Below, piece after piece: positions 58,637 to 64,000 of a stretch of DNA of 64,000 bases (the stretch's first letter is position 1; the number at the start of each line of letters is the position of its first letter). This DNA is from a virus (lineage: Duplodnaviria; Heunggongvirae; Uroviricota; Caudoviricetes). Location of the stretch: the IMG/VR virus record IMGVR_UViG_3300047554_000375. The stretch is one strand, 5' to 3'. Under the pieces are notes generated by a model. It had not been told where the DNA came from and did no database searches. It saw nothing but the letters and a program-made list of their open reading frames with translations. The position numbers were made by a program, and so were the translations under genes.

Positions 58637-58794
58637 AAGTATCTCACTCGGGATGGGAAACATGGCGGCAGTAACCATGTAAATAACTGTCACGAATTTT
58701 AAGAACCTACCTTAGGTCCGTTGTCGCTACGGCACAGGCGTCCGAGAGATTTCACTGGCATTCGTCAATTGCCGCTGGATAAAGTAACCAGCAA

Positions 58795-58850
58795 TGCTAT
58801 GCCATAATGGGTAGCACATTATTAACTTGCTTTAATTAGGAGATTATATG
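58795..58850 (+). promoter_or_regulatory. ROSE-like RNA thermometer in the Hsp20 5' UTR
   Basis: CTTGCT (58826-31) pairs with SD AGGAG (58838-42) leaving a bulged G, the ROSE U(U/C)GCU signature; preceded by hairpin TGCTATGCCA-TAA-TGGGTAGCA. Confidence 0.7.
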
Positions 58851-59327
58851 ACAAACTTACATCGTGCCCACTTCGGGCAACTACTTCCTGCAACCGTTGG
58901 ATTCGACCGCTTCTTTGATGCGTTCGATGGACTTTCACTAGAGAAGTTCACCACATCCACATTTCCTCCACACAACATCGTCAAAGTTGATGAGAACAAT
59001 TATCTGGTTGAGTTGGCTGTCGCCGGCTTCTCCGATGATGATATCACAATTGAGGTGGTGAAGAATCAGTTGGAAATTTCTGGAAAGAAAGTTGACAAGG
59101 ATGAGAATCGTTCTTATTTACATCATGGTATCGGTACCCGTTCGTTTAAGAAAACCGTTCATCTGGCTGATACAGTCCATGTGAGAGGTGCTACTTTATC
59201 CGACGGTATTTTGACCGTTGAACTGGAGAACATTGTCCCACAGGAAAATCTGTCCAAACGCATTCCAATCGTTTCTGGCGGTAAGAAAAAAGTATTACAA
59301 GGTAAGAAAGAACTCTTACAAGAATAA
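58848..59327 (+). CDS. Small heat shock protein Hsp20 (IbpA-like)
   Basis: VGFDRFFD, FPPHNIVK, VELAVAGF, YLHHGIG.RSF, A.L.DGIL.VEL. Confidence 0.95.
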   Translation: MTNLHRAHFGQLLPATVGFDRFFDAFDGLSLEKFTTSTFPPHNIVKVDENNYLVELAVAGFSDDDITIEVVKNQLEISGKKVDKDENRSYLHHGIGTRSFKKTVHLADTVHVRGATLSDGILTVELENIVPQENLSKRIPIVSGGKKKVLQGKKELLQE

Positions 59328-59330
59328 TGC

Positions 59331-59359
59331 TTGACTTTTCTGCCTTTCTATGTTAAAAT
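59331..59359 (+). promoter_or_regulatory. Sigma70-type extended -10 promoter
   Basis: TTGACT, 17 nt, TGt-TAAAAT. Confidence 0.75.
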
Positions 59360-59377
59360 TACATGGAAAGGCAGATT

Positions 59378-59623
59378 ATGAACGAAGCATACCTACGCAA
59401 ATTAATTTCGGATGAGTTTCGTGAGACACTTTTGTTTTGTGGATTTGTTGATACCTATCATTGCAAAACGAAAGAAGTTGACACAAAAGGCAAAACCCGT
59501 TATACTTTCAACACATCCATCGGACCATGCATGGTTTATGGTTCAAAATCTATTTACATAAACGGAAAGAAGTTTCCGTCATTGACACAAGCCCGTATTG
59601 AATTGGGAAGATATTTAACATGA
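59378..59623 (+). CDS. Hypothetical protein
   Basis: GAAAGG SD, downstream of promoter. Confidence 0.55.
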   Translation: MNEAYLRKLISDEFRETLLFCGFVDTYHCKTKEVDTKGKTRYTFNTSIGPCMVYGSKSIYINGKKFPSLTQARIELGRYLT

Positions 59624-60492
59624 AAATCGCACTAGCATCGGATGTCCATTTAGAGTTTGGATATCTTGAATTACATAATGAAGAAAATGCTGATGTTCTA
59701 ATCTTGTCTGGCGATATTTTGGTCGCAAAAGATTTGTATGAAAATGATCCACATAATATAAATGAAGGTTCTAGAAGTTCTACATTTCATAGATTCTTCC
59801 AAGAATGTTCAGAGCGTTTTCCGCATGTTGTTTATGTGTTTGGTAACCATGAACACTATCATGGAGACTTTGCGGAATCATTTAAAAGAGTTAAACATAT
59901 TCTAGCATACTTGAAGAATGTTTATATTTTAGATAAAGAGATTAAAGAAATTGATGATGTTACATTCATCGGTGGTACTCTTTGGACTGATATGAACAAA
60001 GAAGATGCATTAACATTGTATCATATCAAATCTATGATGAATGACTTCCGTATTGTTAATAATAGCAATCGCACAGTTGAATTCAAAACATATGATGCTG
60101 AAGGTAAATTCACAGGTTTCAGTAGCCGTGTTTCACGATTCTGTCCTGAGGATGCTGTTGAAGACCACAAGAAAATGTTACAATACATTGATGTGGTAAC
60201 AGATATGCTTGGTAAGAACGAAAAGAAATATGTCGTGTGTGGTCATCATTCACCGAGCAAACTGTCAACTAAACCACAGTATGAGAATGATACATTGATG
60301 AATGGTGGTTACAGTTCCGATTTAACTGAATTCATTCTTGACCGTCCTTGCATTAAGTTGTGGACACATGGTCATACACACCATGAGTTCGATTATATGC
60401 TTGGTACAACACGCATCGTTTGTAATCCTCGTGGTTATATTAACTATGAAGAACAAGCGGATAACTTCCGATTGAAGTACATTGATATTTAA
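59620..60492 (+). CDS. Calcineurin-like metallophosphoesterase
   Basis: SDVHLE, SGDI, GNHE, GHHSP, HGHTH. Confidence 0.9.
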   Translation: MKIALASDVHLEFGYLELHNEENADVLILSGDILVAKDLYENDPHNINEGSRSSTFHRFFQECSERFPHVVYVFGNHEHYHGDFAESFKRVKHILAYLKNVYILDKEIKEIDDVTFIGGTLWTDMNKEDALTLYHIKSMMNDFRIVNNSNRTVEFKTYDAEGKFTGFSSRVSRFCPEDAVEDHKKMLQYIDVVTDMLGKNEKKYVVCGHHSPSKLSTKPQYENDTLMNGGYSSDLTEFILDRPCIKLWTHGHTHHEFDYMLGTTRIVCNPRGYINYEEQADNFRLKYIDI

Positions 60493-60516
60493 TATCCTGG
60501 TCATAGTTACAATCAA

Positions 60517-60545
60517 TTGACTTTTGTTCATTATTGATGTATACT
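60517..60545 (+). promoter_or_regulatory. Sigma70-type promoter
   Basis: TTGACT, 17 nt, TATACT. Confidence 0.8.
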
Positions 60546-60574
60546 ATGACTAGATATTAATGAAAGGAGTAACT

Positions 60575-61024
60575 ATGTCTGTTACATTGAAAAATCTTGA
60601 GAGTGCATTGGCTGGCGAATCTATGGCTCATATCAAGTATCGTTATTTCGCTAAGTTGGCTCGTGAAGAAGGTTATGAGGATGTTGCAAAACATTTCGAG
60701 CATACCGCTGACCAAGAGATTAAACATGCCTGGGGTCACCTAGAATTGTTGATTGGTAAACCAAACACACGCAAGTGTTTGGAGTTGGCTATCGAAGGTG
60801 AGACACATGAGTTCACACACATGTATCCCACATTCAAAGAACAAGCCGCACAAGAAGGTCATACTGCTGTTACTGAATTTCAGGAACAGATTGATGAATC
60901 CAAAGAACACGCTGAACAATTCAGAAAAGTTTTGGAGTTGGCAGAAAAGCGTTTCGCCGCACTTGCAAAAGTTGAAGAGAAACACGCTACCGCATATCAA
61001 AGAATGTTACAAGAGGTACAATAA
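60575..61024 (+). CDS. Rubrerythrin (short form lacking the rubredoxin domain)
   Basis: NLESALAGESMA..KY.YFA, E..H di-iron motifs (EIKH, ESKEH), GETHE...MYP. Confidence 0.9.
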   Translation: MSVTLKNLESALAGESMAHIKYRYFAKLAREEGYEDVAKHFEHTADQEIKHAWGHLELLIGKPNTRKCLELAIEGETHEFTHMYPTFKEQAAQEGHTAVTEFQEQIDESKEHAEQFRKVLELAEKRFAALAKVEEKHATAYQRMLQEVQ

Positions 61025-61173
61025 TGGAAAATCAAAATCAAGAAAGAGATTATGTGTGCATCGTTTGTGGTCACACAATGAAAGAATCTGATTGGCAATC
61101 ACTACCGGAAGAAGTTGGTTGCCCAGAATGTGGTGTTGGTAAACACGATTATTACCCAGTAGACTTTGATTGA
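61024..61173 (+). CDS. Rubredoxin-like protein, 49 aa, missing from the track
   Basis: MENQNQERDYVCIVCGHTMKESDWQSLPEEVGCPECGVGKHDYYPVDFD with CxxCG...CPxCG; start overlaps the rubrerythrin stop. Confidence 0.85.
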   Translation: MENQNQERDYVCIVCGHTMKESDWQSLPEEVGCPECGVGKHDYYPVDFD

Positions 61174-61646
61174 TGAAACAAAAATTTCGTGATGCTTATA
61201 TGAAAGTTGCAGAAACCTTTGCGGGATTATCTTCCGCAAGGCGACTGCATGTGGGTGCTATCATTGTTAAAGATGATAGAATCATTTCAATCGGCTACAA
61301 TGGCATGCCCTCAGGTTGGGATAACAACTGTGAAGATAAAATCTATTGTGATGATGGTGATTATAAAGAACAACTTCTTCCAAAAGATGCAAATAAATGG
61401 ATGAGTTATAAACTTGTTACCAAACCTGAGGTGCTACATGCTGAAACGAATGCTATCGCTAAATTGGCGAAATCTACTGAGAGTGGAATTGGTGCTGATA
61501 TGTTTATCACCCATGCTCCTTGTTTGGATTGTGCCAAATTGGTATATCAAAGCGGTATCAATTCTGTATATTATCGTAATGCTTATCGCAATGAATCTGG
61601 AATTGAATTTCTTGAAAAAGCAGGAGTGAAAGTTGAAAGAATCTAA
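61173..61646 (+). CDS. cd: dCMP deaminase
   Basis: VGAIIV, GYNG.P.G, HAETNAI, THAPCLDCAK. Confidence 0.93.
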   Translation: MKQKFRDAYMKVAETFAGLSSARRLHVGAIIVKDDRIISIGYNGMPSGWDNNCEDKIYCDDGDYKEQLLPKDANKWMSYKLVTKPEVLHAETNAIAKLAKSTESGIGADMFITHAPCLDCAKLVYQSGINSVYYRNAYRNESGIEFLEKAGVKVERI

Positions 61647-61653
61647 AACATAC

Positions 61654-61803
61654 ATGAGTGAAGTATCTGAGATATGTGAGAACGGTGATGCTATCTTAGA
61701 TTTACCTGATGAACTACTCAAAGACATGGGTTGGGGTGAAGGTACTGTGCTAAATATTGAACTGATAGATGGCAAAATCTATTTGACCGAAGTGAAAAAA
61801 TAA
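61654..61803 (+). CDS. AbrB/MazE/SpoVT-type swapped-hairpin protein, 49 aa, missing from the track
   Basis: MSEVSEICENGDAILDLPDELLKDMGWGEGTVLNIELIDGKIYLTEVKK matches the G...l.LP.e....lg...G..l.i....g.i.l pattern. Confidence 0.7.
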   Translation: MSEVSEICENGDAILDLPDELLKDMGWGEGTVLNIELIDGKIYLTEVKK

Positions 61804-61804
61804 T

Positions 61805-61878
61805 AGCGGATTAGTGAAACGGTATCACAAAGGACTCATAATCCTTAGTTCCAGGTTCGAATCCTGGGTCCGCAACCA
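61805..61878 (+). tRNA. tRNA with CAT anticodon (Met; initiator-like acceptor arm)
   Basis: Full cloverleaf: AGCGGAT/GTCCGCA acceptor, GTGA/TCAC D-stem, AAGGA-CTCATAA-TCCTT, CCAGG-TTCGAAT-CCTGG, encoded ACCA end. Confidence 0.95.
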
Positions 61879-61889
61879 ATAGGATAATT

Positions 61890-62249
61890 ATGAACAATAT
61901 GAATTATGATGTTAAGCATTTCATTAATGCTTGCGACCAAGAAAAAACAAAAGAGAATGCATCCCTATACCGCAATCTTATGGTAGAGGAATACAATGAG
62001 TTCATTGTAGCATTAAACAAAAATGACGAAGTTGAACAACTAGATGCTTGCATGGACTTAATCTGGGTTACACTTGGATTCTGTTACATGAAAGGCTATG
62101 ATGTTGATGGCGCATGGGCCGAAGTTGCACGAAGCAACCTTGATAAGATTAATCCAGAAACTGGTAAAGTTATCAAGAATGCGGCTGGTAAAGTTATGAA
62201 ACCTGAAGGTTGGACTGCTCCAGTGCTTGCACCTTTTGTTAAACTGTGA
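61890..62249 (+). CDS. MazG-like/PRA-PH-like nucleotide pyrophosphohydrolase
   Basis: LMVEEYNEF, LDACMDLIWV, AEVARSNLDK, GKVMKPEGW. Confidence 0.85.
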   Translation: MNNMNYDVKHFINACDQEKTKENASLYRNLMVEEYNEFIVALNKNDEVEQLDACMDLIWVTLGFCYMKGYDVDGAWAEVARSNLDKINPETGKVIKNAAGKVMKPEGWTAPVLAPFVKL

Positions 62250-62255
62250 TATAAT
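62227..62255 (+). promoter_or_regulatory. Sigma70-type extended -10 promoter inside the 3' end of the MazG-like gene
   Basis: TTGCAC, 17 nt, TGa-TATAAT. Confidence 0.6.
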
Positions 62256-62262
62256 ATTTGTT

Positions 62263-62550
62263 ATGAATGAAGATACCCGTGAAATTTTATTGATCCTCCA
62301 AGAGGAATGTGCCGAAGTTACGCAAGCGATTAGCAAATGTTTTCGGTTTGGCCCTGACCAAGTAAAACCTAATTCGTCAAACAATCAAACGAATGTCCAG
62401 GCTTTACAAGAAGAGTTGGGTGATTTATTGGCAATGATTGAATTGCTTGTTGACAAAGATGTTGGAGTTACTGATAATGGTTTAATGAGAGCAAAGAAAA
62501 ACAAATTTGATAAACTTAAACAATGGAGCAATATTGCTATTAATAAATGA
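62263..62550 (+). CDS. Second MazG-like NTP pyrophosphatase
   Basis: LQEECAEVTQAISK..RFG and LQEELGDLLAMI acidic metal-binding helices. Confidence 0.75.
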   Translation: MNEDTREILLILQEECAEVTQAISKCFRFGPDQVKPNSSNNQTNVQALQEELGDLLAMIELLVDKDVGVTDNGLMRAKKNKFDKLKQWSNIAINK

Positions 62551-62558
62551 GGTATAAT

Positions 62559-62780
62559 ATGAATACTCAGAAATTGGCCCAACAGTTGGCCCAGGAAGCA
62601 GGCTTGAAAGCCTATAAGTACGACCTCTTCTTACGAGAGTTCGATAACATGGTTGAGTTGGTCGGTCTTGTGAACGACCCAACCTTGGACATGGGAGACT
62701 TTGACTCCCGTGAAATGTTGTTCCCCAAGAAATGGGTAACACTAAAAACCTTTTTCGCTGAGGAAAGGGTTTCAGTATGA
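62559..62780 (+). CDS. Hypothetical protein
   Basis: GAGG SD; conserved position upstream of g43 in aquatic T4-like phages. Confidence 0.55.
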   Translation: MNTQKLAQQLAQEAGLKAYKYDLFLREFDNMVELVGLVNDPTLDMGDFDSREMLFPKKWVTLKTFFAEERVSV

Positions 62781-63058
62781 TTAAGTGTATTACACTTAAA
62801 ACTGCCCAAACACTTATGGGCGATGTTCAAATCGGCGGTATCAAAAAGCCAGTGCAAGTCATTGTGCAACCAGGTCAAGATGGACAACCTATGATGGGTT
62901 TTGCTCCATTCCTTCAATTCACCGAAGAGTTTGAAACAGGTATTACTATCAATAATGATGATATCTTGTGCATCACTACTCCTGTTCGTGAATTAGAAAA
63001 TCAATATAACAAAATGTTCGGTGTAGGTATCGAAATTGTATCGTCAATGCCAAAATAA
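62777..63058 (+). CDS. Conserved hypothetical protein (Sm-like fold candidate)
   Basis: IK.I.LKT.Q.LMG...KPV.V......MGF.PF pattern. Confidence 0.55.
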   Translation: MIKCITLKTAQTLMGDVQIGGIKKPVQVIVQPGQDGQPMMGFAPFLQFTEEFETGITINNDDILCITTPVRELENQYNKMFGVGIEIVSSMPK

Positions 63059-64000
63059 TGAGTGATTTTTATACTAACGTAGTTTGTGTTGGTAACAACA
63101 TTCTTTACAGAGGTGTAGAAAACGGTAGGCGTGTTAAACTCAAAGTGGGTTACACGCCTACAATGTTTTTGCCTGCCAAGAAAGTTACCAACTGGAAGAA
63201 TCTCCAAGGTGAATACCTTGAAGAGATTAAACTTGGTTCTATCCGTGAATGCCGTGACTTCATCAAGCGTTACGAAGAAGTTCAAAACTTTAAGATTTAC
63301 GGCAACACCAGATATGAATATGCTTTTATTGCCGATGAGCATAAAGGCATGATTGATTGGGACCAGGCACAGATATCAATTGATATTATTGATATTGAGG
63401 TTGGCTCTGAGAATGGTTTCCCTGATCCATACAAAGCCAACGAACCTATTACTGCTATTGCTATCAAGCGATTGAATGGTACCATGAAAGTTTATGGTTG
63501 TGGTGATTTTAATAACTACAACGATAATGTAACTTACACCAAATGCCGTGACGAATATGACTTGTGTAAAACATTCTTAACTGAATGGATGTTTGACTGC
63601 CCAGATATCATTACTGGTTGGAACACCAAGTTCTTTGATATTCCATATCTTGTCAATCGTTTCACTAAGATTCTTGGTGAAGATGAAATGAAGAAACTTT
63701 CACCATGGAATATTGTGCAAGAAAGAAAGACCAATATCAAAGGTCGTGAAATGATTGCATATGAAATCTATGGTGTATCGTCACTAGATTACATTGAACT
63801 ATACAAATGGTTTGCGCCAGGTGGTAAGTCACAAGAATCATATCGCCTTGACAACATCGCTAATGTCGAATTGGGTAAGCAAAAACTATCGTATGATGAG
63901 TTTGATAACTTGCACCAGTTGTATAAATTGAACTATCAAAAGTTTATTGAATATAACATCGTTGACGTTGAGTTGATTGTTGAACTGGAAGGTAAGTTGA
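63058..64000 (+). CDS. gp43: DNA polymerase gp43 (family B), N-terminal and 3'-5' exonuclease part, truncated by the window end; not in the track
   Basis: MSDFYTNV start; DIEV (ExoI), ITGWNTKFFDIPYL (ExoII), SYRLDNIA, YNIVDV (ExoIII); frame open to 64000. Confidence 0.96.
   Translation, partial: MSDFYTNVVCVGNNILYRGVENGRRVKLKVGYTPTMFLPAKKVTNWKNLQGEYLEEIKLGSIRECRDFIKRYEEVQNFKIYGNTRYEYAFIADEHKGMIDWDQAQISIDIIDIEVGSENGFPDPYKANEPITAIAIKRLNGTMKVYGCGDFNNYNDNVTYTKCRDEYDLCKTFLTEWMFDCPDIITGWNTKFFDIPYLVNRFTKILGEDEMKKLSPWNIVQERKTNIKGREMIAYEIYGVSSLDYIELYKWFAPGGKSQESYRLDNIANVELGKQKLSYDEFDNLHQLYKLNYQKFIEYNIVDVELIVELEGKL

Noticed and set aside
58655-58680. Sigma32 heat-shock promoter for Hsp20
   Set aside because: Only weak partial matches (GGGAAA / ACCATGT) to TTGAAA-CCCCATNT
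58718-58740. HDV-like/theta ribozyme suggested by the TCGCT loop
   Set aside because: No P1 partner or P1.1 CC/GG pairing could be found by eye
1-64000. Alternative genetic code or stop-codon recoding
   Set aside because: Core genes read through at full length in the standard code and use TAA, TGA and TAG as normal stops

Overview
A 64 kb segment of a large T4-like (Tevenvirinae/Kyanoviridae-type) myophage genome, about 38% GC by eye, standard genetic code, with essentially all real genes on the + strand. Layout: (1) 1-24.5 kb, an expanded tail fibre/adhesin region (baseplate-associated protein, Mtd-N-like and heptad-stalk fibres, an Ig-like mosaic, a six-LamG protein, four collagen-like G-X-T proteins, three S74-chaperone fibres); (2) a 2OG-Fe(II) oxygenase and a GT-B glycosyltransferase closing that cluster; (3) the T4 morphogenesis core g13-14-15-16-[dps]-17-18-19-20-core proteins-21-22-23-3; (4) uvsY, uvsW, g55, g47, g46, g45, g44, g62, regA and the 5' part of g43, interleaved with accessory genes (TagD-like cytidylyltransferase, peptide deformylase, TAGT-like and GT-A glycosyltransferases, vWA/MoxR pair, dATP/dGTP diphosphohydrolase, Hsp20, metallophosphoesterase, rubrerythrin plus a rubredoxin-like ORF missing from the track, dCMP deaminase, two MazG-like proteins) and one CAT-anticodon tRNA. 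Best leads: a candidate virion-fibre modification system (Thr-rich collagen fibres plus oxygenase plus glycosyltransferase); a ROSE-type RNA thermometer within a 200-nt structured leader of the phage Hsp20; an initiator-like tRNA with a non-canonical anticodon stem directly behind an AbrB-fold mini-gene; and a family of sigma70 promoters each embedded in an inverted repeat. All family assignments come from motif recognition by eye; no database search was run. A freshwater proteobacterial host is only an inference.
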